Sequence record: OQ718158.1
Length of the DNA stretch: 64,000 bases
Direction: 5' to 3' (one strand)
A program made the position numbers and the translations under genes. Below, piece after piece: positions 1 to 10,328 of this stretch. The stretch's first letter is position 1; each line of letters opens with the position of its first letter. Under the pieces are notes generated by a model. The model saw nothing but the letters and a program-made list of their open reading frames with translations, was not told where the DNA came from and did no database searches.

Positions 1-2215
1 AAATAAATTGTGAATCACCCGGAACAACTTTCCAATCAATTGCAGTCTTATCAACATTACCCACATTGTATGATTCTTGTGCAGTAGGTACTGGAGTACC
101 ACCTGAACGTTGTGTTCTTCTACGACGAGGGACATGACGAGAACCACGTTGAGAATACCCAGTACCGATAGTTTTAATTTTAGTTGTTACAACTAATTCA
201 TCACTATCAACAGAAGGTTGAACAACAGCTTTCGGTGCTGCTTGGTTCGTTGCTTGTCCTGCAATTAATGTTTTATTTCCCGCTTCAGAACCTGTACCAG
301 TCTGGGATGCATAGAATAATCCAGGGTCAACTGAACCACTAAATCCTAGTACGTTGGCAGAGGTAACTCTTATTTCAAATTGAATAACACCATTAGCTTT
401 ACCGATAACTTGACCTTTTTGAACAACGTCTTTATTGAGCAAATCTGATTGAATATTATAAAATACAGATTTATATCCAGACTTATGTTGAACCAATAAA
501 GCACCATTAGTGATAACAACTACACCGCCATCTGGAGCTACAACATCACCCTTGCACTGTATTTCCCAGCCACTTCTATCAGCTTTACCACCACCACTAG
601 TCGGGACACCTTTCCCCCAATAACCGTATTGGCGAATGGTTCCACTACACGGCATGAACATATGAAGACCTTCATATGTAATGCTATAACCAGTCATACC
701 AGGATCAGAAGTCATTAAATCTTGTGTTTGAACTTGTTCTGTTTCTGTTGTATAATTTACATATTGAATTGCTTCAGTGTCCTGTACTGGAGCTAAAGTT
801 GGAGCTACATCATTAGCAGGTTCAGGTTGAACTGGGGATTCACTATTCCCACTACCACCACCTTGACGTGGAGGTTCAACAGTACTGCCGTGATTCTCAG
901 CATCAACCCAAGCCGATATATCATGTATATGATCATTCAAGCCAGCAGATGGGGTGCGGAAGTTTGGTGCATTAAATTCAGCAGTACCACTATTACCACC
1001 ACTGTTAACAGTAAGAGTTTGACCACCACCACTAATAATAGCTGATGAAGAACCAATAAGATTAGCACTGGTAGCAGCAGAGATTGACGCATTAGAACCA
1101 GCAGTTATATCAGTACTGCTACCACTTTGCATACGTAATGAAGCTGCTGTTACTAAACGTAAATCTGCTCCAGCGTTAATAACAACCTGACCACCAACTT
1201 TAGCATCCAATGCACCAACCAAATCTAGTTTAGTGTTTGCACCAACACGAGCATTGAAGTCTGCTCCACTTTCAATATTATATGAGCGTCCAGCAACCAT
1301 GTTAATATCTTGACCTGCACGAATGTTAATATTCTTATCACAGTGCATTTCAATATCACCTTCACCAGTGAATTTAATACGTGCAGTACCATCACGGTTA
1401 ATTAAAAGAACATCACCAGAGGCTTCAGATAACAACAACTGTGCACCACTACGTGTTTTAATTACAACGCCTTCATTTTTACGAGAACCAACACGAGTAT
1501 CGTTCACTGGGTTATTGAATTGGGTATCCTGATAACCATCTGGATCTTGATCCCAAGTAGGTGCTGTTAATTCTTCTTCTGTGTAACCATCATCAATAAT
1601 AAAACTGTTACCACGAGGTGAGGAAAGACCATAAACAGTACTGGTGGTCTGGCGAGTACTACTACGGTTAGCAACACCCGCTTCCTCATCATAAAGTAAG
1701 TTTTGTTTTTTCAGACCTGCAATAATTGGAACGTTTGCATATTTGTCTTGAGTACTGGTAGAAATTGTATTACGGTCATAATCAGTTACGGGTAATGGCA
1801 TATCAGTACCTGCATAATTGCTTATTTCAGTAGCCATCCCAGGAACCATCGTATTCATACGTTGGTCATAAACACAACCAATCCAATACGCTTGGAATGT
1901 TCTTGCTTGTGCAAATATAACAACAACAGTACATCCGACATCAGGTGGAACCGCCCAAAAACCATATCCCTTTGGATATTGACCATAAGCATCAGCACTT
2001 GGTATCCCTGGAGTTTTACCAGCGAATGGAGACATGTATGATGCTTCAATCCATGACTCTTTTGAATTTTTATCACTTTGTGAACCTTGAATCCACACTT
2101 TTAGCTTACCGGATTTAGTTGGGTCACGGTTATCCATCACGGTTGCTAGTTGTGGATACGAAGGGTCAAAACGACCCAACTGTTGTTGGGCATATTTCTT
2201 ACTTGTATCTGCCAT
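1..2215 (-). CDS. Baseplate central spike (gp5/VgrG/gpV-like), runs off the window start
   Basis: Not in the ORF track. ATG at 2215 gives MADTSKKY...NRDPTKSGKLKVWI...GFWAVPPDVGCTVVVIF (gp5 OB-fold), then beta-helix repeats, the apex motif LNDHIHD and an M23-like domain in the same frame. Confidence 0.8.
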   Translation of the reverse strand, partial: MADTSKKYAQQQLGRFDPSYPQLATVMDNRDPTKSGKLKVWIQGSQSDKNSKESWIEASYMSPFAGKTPGIPSADAYGQYPKGYGFWAVPPDVGCTVVVIFAQARTFQAYWIGCVYDQRMNTMVPGMATEISNYAGTDMPLPVTDYDRNTISTSTQDKYANVPIIAGLKKQNLLYDEEAGVANRSSTRQTTSTVYGLSSPRGNSFIIDDGYTEEELTAPTWDQDPDGYQDTQFNNPVNDTRVGSRKNEGVVIKTRSGAQLLLSEASGDVLLINRDGTARIKFTGEGDIEMHCDKNINIRAGQDINMVAGRSYNIESGADFNARVGANTKLDLVGALDAKVGGQVVINAGADLRLVTAASLRMQSGSSTDITAGSNASISAATSANLIGSSSAIISGGGQTLTVNSGGNSGTAEFNAPNFRTPSAGLNDHIHDISAWVDAENHGSTVEPPRQGGGSGNSESPVQPEPANDVAPTLAPVQDTEAIQYVNYTTETEQVQTQDLMTSDPGMTGYSITYEGLHMFMPCSGTIRQYGYWGKGVPTSGGGKADRSGWEIQCKGDVVAPDGGVVVITNGALLVQHKSGYKSVFYNIQSDLLNKDVVQKGQVIGKANGVIQFEIRVTSANVLGFSGSVDPGLFYASQTGTGSEAGNKTLIAGQATNQAAPKAVVQPSVDSDELVVTTKIKTIGTGYSQRGSRHVPRRRRTQRSGGTPVPTAQESYNVGNVDKTAIDWKVVPGDSQFI

Positions 2216-2228
2216 CTTAAATTATTCC

Positions 2229-4484
2229 TTATTCAATTATACTATCGTGACGTTTGAGTGCACGAATTACAATTGCAGCCTGAATTTGTTGTGTAAATGA
2301 ACCACCTGCACCAAAATCATGAACAATTTTGTTAACACGATATACAGTTTGGTTAAATGTAGTTGGTGTATTAATATCAAGAACACCAGTATTATCATTT
2401 ATAGAAACCACAGGTTGTAATTTCAATAAAAGATATGCTTCAGATGTAATATAGTTAGCAACATGGTAATCTTCGGGATTAATTTCCATATCTTCCCCAT
2501 TAATTACCTGTTCAAGATATTGGATATATGAATAATCACTCCAACCCAACCAGAATGGGTCACCAACAACACGCATATCCAATTTACACAAGAATGGACG
2601 ATTGTAATAGTTGTCACGAATTTTACGGCGATCCATTTCATATGTGCTACTGTTATCGTTCAATGATGCAGACAATGTTGTTTCATTATTTGTTGCTTCA
2701 GTCGGCATTGTAAACACTTCACCATATCGATGACCAATTCCATCGGTTCCACCGTCATTTTCTTCATATGTGGTTACATAATCTTCAATATACTGTGGTA
2801 GAACGTTTACTTGATAGTTATTATAACGATCCTGTTCTTCAGCATTACCAACTTGCATTTGTTCTTTTGCTAAAGTTTCAACTTGATTGAGTAGTTGTTC
2901 CTGTGCCTGTGTTAACATACCACCAAGATCACGGGTGACGCGTAAATCACTTGTTTTTGCCCATGCATCTGGTATACTGTTGTACTGAACCCCTTGGATA
3001 TTCAATTCTTGGGAGGTGTGAGTACCAGAGTGGTTAGCAACATCCTGTATCGGTCCAGGGTTACGAGTTGTAGCTACAAAGAATTGCTGATCAAACTTCA
3101 AATCAAGGTCTAGAATCTCACTATTGAGTCCACTAAACTGATAATTGTAAGTTTTCATGTTAATCTTTGGTTTTTGGTCATTTGGGTCTACATATTTCTC
3201 GGCATTTTCAAAGAAATACTCAAATGTAAAGTTTTCTGGCTGTAAATCTGATTCATGAACAATATCACCAATTTTAAAACGAACAATATAGAAAACAACT
3301 TTATAAACTGATGTATTTCTGTAATTATCAAATCCAACATATTGTTTAAGCGGGATTATATTAACAAATTGACGAACACTAGTACTATCATCAGCCTGTA
3401 CAGTACAGGTATCTATTACGTCATCGATAATTCGAGAAATTGGAGTACTTGGATTCCATGAAAAGTTTTTAGAACCCTGTGCACCACTTTTTGTAGCTCC
3501 AGCTTCTGCCATCTGTTTAGAATCATAGTTTATAAACAAATCCTGTAAATCTGGGGCAACTTTAAATTCAAAGAACTTCCCTTCTGCTAACTCACCAAAT
3601 TTATAACGCAAATAACCATATTGCTGGTCTGCCATTTGATTCAATTTATCTTCCAAATCAAAACAAAAATCACCAAAGTTTTCTGCTGTGCAGTTAAATG
3701 GTTCTTTAAGAGTCCATTCCACATTATCCACTAGAGCCGCACGGTTATGAACAAGACTCATAGAATACATCATAGTACTACCACTTTGTGATGCACTAGC
3801 GGTAACACTGTTAATCTTCACGGACCATCTACGAGTTGTTTCTGGTATAGTTTCAGGTACACCATTAGTATTGAATCCAATAAATTTCAATTCTAATATC
3901 AAAGGTAAGTCCATGAACTTATGATACCTTAGTTTATTACTTAAAGAAATTAGTTCATCATATAAACTCATACTATTATTTTCTGAAAGGTTCAGTACTG
4001 CTGTGTTGAAGCAATAGTTGGTTGTCATCCCTGGAGTTGAAGGACCAGCTTGCGTCATCTGAACACTTGTGATATTATACTTTCCAGTTACACCACTTTC
4101 AGAGATGACATGACGTTGAACTTCAGCATCTGGGTAAAGCCAGAAGTTTTTGAAATCATCCTTGTCTAATGCGAAAAGGGAAAAGTGCCAAGTTGGATTG
4201 TCATACTTTAACAATTTATTGTCATAAGGAATAACAAACTCACTTAGATCCAAGTCTTCATACACTTGGTCAACGCTTGCACTTTGCTTTGGTAAAGACT
4301 GTACGTTACTAACCTTAGCTTTAAAATTGTTTTTTACTTTTTCAAGATCATTTTGCAAAGTATTAGCAGTGGCTTTTAAGCTTTCAATAGTACTTGTTGC
4401 AGTTTCTTTTGCTGCCTTTGCAGAACTTGTGATGTTTGAAATATCATTTTTAAAATTATCAACAGAACTTTGTAAATCTGCCAT
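2229..4484 (-). CDS. Large baseplate/hub structural protein (751 aa)
   Basis: Long ORF between the spike and gp53-like genes; the function is inferred from synteny. Confidence 0.55.
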   Translation of the reverse strand: MADLQSSVDNFKNDISNITSSAKAAKETATSTIESLKATANTLQNDLEKVKNNFKAKVSNVQSLPKQSASVDQVYEDLDLSEFVIPYDNKLLKYDNPTWHFSLFALDKDDFKNFWLYPDAEVQRHVISESGVTGKYNITSVQMTQAGPSTPGMTTNYCFNTAVLNLSENNSMSLYDELISLSNKLRYHKFMDLPLILELKFIGFNTNGVPETIPETTRRWSVKINSVTASASQSGSTMMYSMSLVHNRAALVDNVEWTLKEPFNCTAENFGDFCFDLEDKLNQMADQQYGYLRYKFGELAEGKFFEFKVAPDLQDLFINYDSKQMAEAGATKSGAQGSKNFSWNPSTPISRIIDDVIDTCTVQADDSTSVRQFVNIIPLKQYVGFDNYRNTSVYKVVFYIVRFKIGDIVHESDLQPENFTFEYFFENAEKYVDPNDQKPKINMKTYNYQFSGLNSEILDLDLKFDQQFFVATTRNPGPIQDVANHSGTHTSQELNIQGVQYNSIPDAWAKTSDLRVTRDLGGMLTQAQEQLLNQVETLAKEQMQVGNAEEQDRYNNYQVNVLPQYIEDYVTTYEENDGGTDGIGHRYGEVFTMPTEATNNETTLSASLNDNSSTYEMDRRKIRDNYYNRPFLCKLDMRVVGDPFWLGWSDYSYIQYLEQVINGEDMEINPEDYHVANYITSEAYLLLKLQPVVSINDNTGVLDINTPTTFNQTVYRVNKIVHDFGAGGSFTQQIQAAIVIRALKRHDSIIE

Positions 4485-4495
4485 ACTTTACTCCA

Positions 4496-4810
4496 TTAAC
4501 CTATGTTACGAGTACCGTTCAAATAGTTTTGCACTCGTTGATTTGAGGGAACACGAATTGTGATACCACTATTAAAATTGTATATTGGGTCTTCTCCTAA
4601 TATATCAGGATTCAATAGGGCAAATACATAATACAGACGTTCATTACCATACATTTCGTATGCTAAACGCCAAGGTTGATGCTCATACTTCAATGGAATT
4701 ACATAGAAGTCGTCAGTATCAGCAGGAACCATATCACGTGGTAAATTGTAACCAAGATACCACGTTTGTTTAACCTTTGCATAAGGAGAGTATTGACTAT
4801 AATTGGACAT
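4496..4810 (-). CDS. Baseplate wedge protein, gp53/LysM-like
   Basis: PWRLAYEMYGNERLYYVFALLNP...GITIRVPS pattern and baseplate context. Confidence 0.65.
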   Translation of the reverse strand: MSNYSQYSPYAKVKQTWYLGYNLPRDMVPADTDDFYVIPLKYEHQPWRLAYEMYGNERLYYVFALLNPDILGEDPIYNFNSGITIRVPSNQRVQNYLNGTRNIG

Positions 4811-5541
4811 TAGATAAATCCTCCATTACGTAATAGTTCACCACGCTTAAATGCATTTAGGTTGAACTTTTTAGTCATGTAATCAGATGTTGGTTGTTCT
4901 TCAAGTTGAAGCGTTACCGATATTTTCTGTGGAACCCATACCTCATCTTGTGGATTCATATATCCAGTACTTCTAAGCTGTTCGAAGAATTTACGACTAT
5001 CCATATCAGATAAATTAAAAGTACTATCACTACTATTCAATGGAACCTGAATGTAAGAAACATCATTTGGATATGTAAAATTATATGCTTTCAAAATAAC
5101 AGGAATATCATTATATGTATAACGACCATACCCACTTAATAGTAAAATTGGCGGTGGTGCACCTGCAATTGCTAGTTCGGGATTATTAGCAGATGCTGCT
5201 TGACGACCAAAGTCCATTAAGGACACGGAACGAATAAAATGAACACAAGCCAATGCATACATTGCTTCAGCAGCAGTGTTTGCATAAAACTCACCTTGGA
5301 TAGTGAAAATTGTGTTTGTTGTATTCTTGTAGTTGTTGTAGTTACTGTTAGTATGTATAGGGGACTGTGTTTCATATTGAACCGACCTTTGTTCAGTTAC
5401 AGTTGGGGTTACAGTCCAAACCAAACCATTTGTTGGACGCAGAAACGATAGCAATGTTGGCTCTGAACTGTTGCCAAAATCACCATACACATAGTTAGCA
5501 CCTGCGGTTTTAGGTCTTAATCGGATTCTACGATCAATCAT
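4810..5541 (-). CDS. Tail tube-like/baseplate protein
   Basis: Start reassigned to ATG 5541 (MIDRRIRLRPK) downstream of a late TAAATA at 5577-5582; PPPILLLSGYG motif typical of tube-initiator proteins. Confidence 0.5.
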   Translation of the reverse strand: MIDRRIRLRPKTAGANYVYGDFGNSSEPTLLSFLRPTNGLVWTVTPTVTEQRSVQYETQSPIHTNSNYNNYKNTTNTIFTIQGEFYANTAAEAMYALACVHFIRSVSLMDFGRQAASANNPELAIAGAPPPILLLSGYGRYTYNDIPVILKAYNFTYPNDVSYIQVPLNSSDSTFNLSDMDSRKFFEQLRSTGYMNPQDEVWVPQKISVTLQLEEQPTSDYMTKKFNLNAFKRGELLRNGGFI

Positions 5542-5587
5542 CTTTTTGATTCTCCATAAGAAGGGAACATTTGATGTATTTATACGT

Positions 5588-5615
5588 GGGACAAAGACGT
5601 TTTTGGTGCTATAAT
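5588..5615 (+). promoter_or_regulatory. GGGACA-N16-TATAAT promoter for the gp55-47-46 operon
   Basis: Matches a motif repeated at about 11 intergenic sites in the window. Confidence 0.7.
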
Positions 5616-5672
5616 AACATTGATGGTACAAGGAATGTACCTATTGGATTTAAAACATGGAGAGTTGAAATA

Positions 5673-6512
5673 ATGACAAATAGGCCGAAGCGTAAAAAGT
5701 ATCTTAACAATGCTGATTTACTTCGTGAGATACAAAAAAGTAAAATCTCATATTGCTGGTTACTTGATAAGTGCTACAGTATGTACGATTATATCGTTTT
5801 TGATGAATCCGAAATCACAGCAGAACTTTTAGATAAAGCTAAAGCAGCACGTATTAAACGTCTCAACAATGAAATGCTTGATGCAATTCGTGAAAAAGAA
5901 GGTATGAGTGCGAAGAAAGCGAAGGAATACGCAGATGAGCACAATTTAGTACTAACTGATGTACCTATCGATGAGGTGGTTATTCGTGTAATTACCGATG
6001 AACATATCCCAGCAGATACAAGAGTAAATTTTGAACCATTCAAACATTACATTGTAGATGAAGAAGGTATTCTGTACGAAGTTGTTCGTTCTCACTGGAA
6101 AGGTGATCTTGAAGACGGAGAATTCAGTACTGTTCATGGTAAAATCACTAATGAACTAGGTAAAATGTTCATTAAACTGGCAGAGGAAATCTCACACAAA
6201 TCCAACTATAGAAACTATACATATTTGGATGAAATGATGGGTGATGCCAGAATACAATTGGTTAAAAACGCACTTCTCTTTAAAGAGAGTATTCTTTACA
6301 AAAAAGATAAACCAGCAGTACAGTTGAATCCTTTCTCTTACTATACTTCGTTCGTTAACAATAGTTTCCGTTCGATTCTTAATAGTGAGAAAAATGTTCG
6401 TAACATCCGAGACGATTTACTTGAGATGCATGGTTTTACACCATCACACACTCGTCAAATCGAAATTGAAATGAACATGATTGAAAGGAAAAACGAAGAT
6501 GGCTCTATTTGA
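5673..6512 (+). CDS. gp55: Late-transcription sigma factor, T4 gp55-like
   Basis: YLNNADLL...LGKMFIKLAEEISHKSNYRNYTYLDEMMGD...NPFSYYT motifs; precedes gp47/gp46 as in T4. Confidence 0.8.
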   Translation: MTNRPKRKKYLNNADLLREIQKSKISYCWLLDKCYSMYDYIVFDESEITAELLDKAKAARIKRLNNEMLDAIREKEGMSAKKAKEYADEHNLVLTDVPIDEVVIRVITDEHIPADTRVNFEPFKHYIVDEEGILYEVVRSHWKGDLEDGEFSTVHGKITNELGKMFIKLAEEISHKSNYRNYTYLDEMMGDARIQLVKNALLFKESILYKKDKPAVQLNPFSYYTSFVNNSFRSILNSEKNVRNIRDDLLEMHGFTPSHTRQIEIEMNMIERKNEDGSI

Positions 6513-7530
6513 TAAAGCAATTACATTTACTGATATTCATTTAGGATTAAAGAATAACAGCAAACAGCACAACGAAGATTGTTTGAACTTCATCAAGTTT
6601 ATGATTGAACTTGCTAAGAAAAATGGTATTACTGTATGCGTGTTTATGGGAGATTACTTCCATAACCGCAGTAATATTAACATCCAAACATTAAACTATG
6701 GTTTACAAATTCTACAATTACTAAATGACAACTTTGATAAGGTTTACTTCTTAGTTGGGAACCATGACATGTATCATAAAAATAAACGTGACATTACTAG
6801 TATTAATATGGCACAAGTTTATGAGAACATCGAGTTCATTAATGAAATCACAACATTTGATGATTGTACTTTCATTCCATTTATGATTGAAGATGAATAC
6901 AAAGTTCTACCTCAACTTAAAAGTAAGTATGTTTTTGGTCACTTAGAGTTACCTGGATACTTGCTCAATAAAATGGTTGAGATGCCAGATCATGGTAAAG
7001 AGACTGAAGGTTCTTTTGGTGGTTGTGAGTATGTTTTTAGTGGACATTTCCACAAGAGACAAGCAAAAACAACATCTAAAGGAACTCGTGTAATTTACAC
7101 AGGTAACTGTTTCCCACATAACTTTTCTGATACATGGGATGATGCAAGAGGTGTGATGATTTTAGAACATGGTAAAGAACCAACTTTCCATTCTTGGTCA
7201 GAAGCACCAAAATATAGAACATTTACACTTTCAGAACTATTAACAGATCCAAGTTACTATCTTCAAGACAATACTATTTCAAAGGTTCAAGTTGATATTG
7301 CTATCACTACTGATGAGATTAGTTTTATTCGTGATACTTTTACTAAACTTTATAACATTCGTGAGTTTAACGTTGTTACTAGCAAGCAAAGTATCAAAGA
7401 ACTTATTGAAGATGGTGAAAGCTTTGAAAGTACTGAGTCAGTTGATGAGATTGTGTTACAACAAATCATGGAAATTGATTCACCTATGTTCGATAAAAAT
7501 CTTCTAATCCAAATTTACAGATCACTATAA
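6499..7530 (+). CDS. gp47: Mre11/SbcD-like recombination nuclease
   Basis: Phosphoesterase motifs DIH, GDYFH, GNHD, GHLE, SGHFH. Confidence 0.92.
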   Translation: MALFDKAITFTDIHLGLKNNSKQHNEDCLNFIKFMIELAKKNGITVCVFMGDYFHNRSNINIQTLNYGLQILQLLNDNFDKVYFLVGNHDMYHKNKRDITSINMAQVYENIEFINEITTFDDCTFIPFMIEDEYKVLPQLKSKYVFGHLELPGYLLNKMVEMPDHGKETEGSFGGCEYVFSGHFHKRQAKTTSKGTRVIYTGNCFPHNFSDTWDDARGVMILEHGKEPTFHSWSEAPKYRTFTLSELLTDPSYYLQDNTISKVQVDIAITTDEISFIRDTFTKLYNIREFNVVTSKQSIKELIEDGESFESTESVDEIVLQQIMEIDSPMFDKNLLIQIYRSL

Positions 7531-7542
7531 GGGAAATTTATT

Positions 7543-9690
7543 GTGCTAAACATTACACGTATATCAATGAGGAACTTCTTTTCATTTGGCAATGCACCAC
7601 AAGTAATTGATTTGTCTGGTGCTGATATATCGTTAGTTCTTGGTCAAAACAATGATGCAGTTATTGAAGGTGGTGATAGTTCCGGTCGCCGTAATGGTGT
7701 TGGTAAAAGTGCCATCATTCAAGGTTTAGTTTTTGGTTTGTTTGGAAAAAGTATTGGTAACGATATCAAAATTCCAAACTTAGTTAATAAAACTAATGCT
7801 AAAAACTGTGAAGTATCTGTTGAGTTCGAGAAAGATGGTGTACAATATCTCGTCGAGCGTGGGAGAAGTCCCACGTATTTCAACTTTATTACATTAGGTA
7901 AAGATAATAAGGTCGAAGATGAGTCAAGAGGGGAGAAGAAAGATACACAAGAAGATCTAAACGAGATTCTTGGGATTTCTCAACTACTATTTGAACATAT
8001 TGTAGTACTTAATGCTAACGTAGAGCCGTTTCTTGCATTATCATCACAGAAACAACGTGATATGATTGAGGAACTTCTGGGTATCACACAATTAACAGAG
8101 AAAGCTGAACTATTAAAGGATATGTATAAAGATTCTAAACGTTTAGCTGAACAAGAAAAGTTCAAAAATGAAACTGTGGCTGCAAGTAATGAACGTATTC
8201 AAAAAAGTATTGAATCATTACAAGAACAAGCTAACCAATTTGAGATTGATAAAAATAATAGAGTATCTAAGTTGACTGAAGAATTGAATATCTACAAAAC
8301 TTTAGACTTCAACGATCTCTATGATTTGGCAGAAGTGAAAGAGAAAGCTCTTATTCATAATGCTGCTCGTGATCAAATAGAAAGACGTGTGCAAGAGTTA
8401 GCTTTGAAGTATGATGCATATGACCGTGAACTAGCAACAGCAAAATTAGCATTAAATGTAAGTATTGATAAGCTAAAAACTATTGATATCAGTACTGAAT
8501 TAGAAAATCACAATGAGTTGGAGATATGGAAACAGTTGGAGGGTATTCTAAAAGAGAATAATAACCAAAAACGTTTCAAAGAACAAAAACTTAACGCATT
8601 AAAGGTGGCTTTAAATGGTCATGAGAGTTCGTTACGTGCTGAGGTGGACAAATTAGCAACAGTGGAGAGTAGTAAATGTCCACTTTGTATGTCCGAATTA
8701 GAACATAATGAACATACTTCGTCTATTAAAGATAAAATTCAAAATACTATTAATGAACTTCAATCGAAAATTGATAGTTCCACTTCTGAAATTGAAACAA
8801 TACTTCAGGAAATTGATAGTATTGAGATTTTTGATATGCCACCTAAGCCTGTGACATTCTATTCTACACTAACTGAAGCACAAATGCATGAGCATAAGCT
8901 TCAAGAACTTATTAAAAAGAGTGAAGAAGAGCAAATTAACATCTATGCTAATGAACTTATGTCATCATATGAAGAACTGAACGCACATGTTCTTCAAGAA
9001 GTACCAGATACATTGAATAAATCTGAAGTAAAAGAGTTAGAAATGACAGTAACTTCATTATCACAGCAATTAGATCGTGAATTGAAAACTACTAACACAT
9101 TTATTGGACAAATTAATACACTTACGACCGATTCATTAGTACCAATCGACTATAGTGACTATAATAACCTTGATAAGATGGCAAATCACCAAGATTTCTT
9201 GGTTAAATTGTTGTTAAACAAGGATTCTTATGTCCGTAAGCGTATTATTGAACAAAACATTTCGTATCTGAATACACGTCTTCAATATTACATTGATATG
9301 TGTGGTTCTGAACATAATGTTGTGTTCTTGAATGATTTGAGTGTAGAAATTGAGAAAAGTGGTCAGTACTTTGACTATAAACAGCTTAGTCGTGGTGAGC
9401 GTACAAGGGTAAACATTGCTTTATCTTGTGCTTTCCGTGATACATATGAGTCATTGTATCAAAGTATCAATATTCTTATCATTGATGAGATGATTGACCA
9501 AGGTCTTGATTCAAGTGGTGTTCTTCGCGTGTGGTCTATCTTCCAAGATATGGCTGCTGTGCGTGGTAAGAATGTATATGCCATTTCTCACAGAGAAGAA
9601 TTGCTTTCTAAGACTGAGAAAATCTTAAAAGTAGTTAAAGAGGATGGTTTCAGTACTGTTGAGTATACAACTCTTGATGATGTATTCTAA
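7543..9690 (+). CDS. gp46: Rad50/SbcC-like ATPase
   Basis: Walker A NGVGKS, coiled coil with CPLC zinc hook, LSRGE signature, IIDE Walker B. Confidence 0.93.
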   Translation: MLNITRISMRNFFSFGNAPQVIDLSGADISLVLGQNNDAVIEGGDSSGRRNGVGKSAIIQGLVFGLFGKSIGNDIKIPNLVNKTNAKNCEVSVEFEKDGVQYLVERGRSPTYFNFITLGKDNKVEDESRGEKKDTQEDLNEILGISQLLFEHIVVLNANVEPFLALSSQKQRDMIEELLGITQLTEKAELLKDMYKDSKRLAEQEKFKNETVAASNERIQKSIESLQEQANQFEIDKNNRVSKLTEELNIYKTLDFNDLYDLAEVKEKALIHNAARDQIERRVQELALKYDAYDRELATAKLALNVSIDKLKTIDISTELENHNELEIWKQLEGILKENNNQKRFKEQKLNALKVALNGHESSLRAEVDKLATVESSKCPLCMSELEHNEHTSSIKDKIQNTINELQSKIDSSTSEIETILQEIDSIEIFDMPPKPVTFYSTLTEAQMHEHKLQELIKKSEEEQINIYANELMSSYEELNAHVLQEVPDTLNKSEVKELEMTVTSLSQQLDRELKTTNTFIGQINTLTTDSLVPIDYSDYNNLDKMANHQDFLVKLLLNKDSYVRKRIIEQNISYLNTRLQYYIDMCGSEHNVVFLNDLSVEIEKSGQYFDYKQLSRGERTRVNIALSCAFRDTYESLYQSINILIIDEMIDQGLDSSGVLRVWSIFQDMAAVRGKNVYAISHREELLSKTEKILKVVKEDGFSTVEYTTLDDVF

Positions 9691-9698
9691 TTAAAAGG

Positions 9699-9725
9699 AA
9701 AGGGAGCCTTAGCTCCCTTTTTTTA
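9699..9725. terminator. Bidirectional rho-independent terminator
   Basis: AAGGGAGC-CTTA-GCTCCCTT hairpin with A and T tracts between convergent genes. Confidence 0.8.
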
Positions 9726-10200
9726 TATCTATCATATTTAATTTGCCTTCCTTGATAAGCTTTCTGGCTTGCTTAACACGAGCAGCATTGTTTGCACCAG
9801 GGATAACACCTAACTCTTCCAGTATTGCATTCTGTTGTCCTGCTGGGAGCCTTTTAAACTTATTCGTATCGATTGTTAGTGCAGTGTGATGTATAACTTG
9901 CTCATCTTCAGGAATGCTGTTATTACGCTCCAGATAATCCGCAAGATTTCGTAGTACCTCGTATAAGGGTTTATCGGTTAAGTGCTTCATATAGCGATTA
10001 AAGCTGTTCTGTACTTTACCTTCCCATGCGTTCACTTCGTTCTGGAGAACTTCACGACAGTGTTGATTTTCGAAGTGATAGTGATCAAGTACTGGCTTAG
10101 TTATTGGTTCCTTAATTATAGGATCAATTCCTTTTTGCTTCTTTAGTAATTCATTTCGATAGTTTGCAGCTTCTTTACTATCTTTTAATCTTTTCTTCAT
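9709..10200 (-). CDS. Endonuclease VII (gp49)-like Holliday junction resolvase
   Basis: LDHYH...CREVLQNEVNAWEG resembles the Endo VII His-Me core; most Zn-binding cysteines are absent. Confidence 0.68.
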   Translation of the reverse strand: MKKRLKDSKEAANYRNELLKKQKGIDPIIKEPITKPVLDHYHFENQHCREVLQNEVNAWEGKVQNSFNRYMKHLTDKPLYEVLRNLADYLERNNSIPEDEQVIHHTALTIDTNKFKRLPAGQQNAILEELGVIPGANNAARVKQARKLIKEGKLNMIDIKKGS

Positions 10201-10294
10201 AAATCCCCACTAAACTAATTCTTATCAAAATATTTATGCGTTACTTCAATGTTCAAGAATTATGTACTTTTTATAAATTTTTTATCATAATAGT

Positions 10295-10322
10295 GAGACA
10301 CTTTTGAATTTGGTGCTATAAT
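10295..10322 (+). promoter_or_regulatory. GAGACA-N16-TATAAT promoter driving a non-coding region
   Basis: GAGACA 10295-10300, TG-C-TATAAT 10317-10322; no credible + strand ORF downstream. Confidence 0.75.
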
Positions 10323-10328
10323 GTTAAT

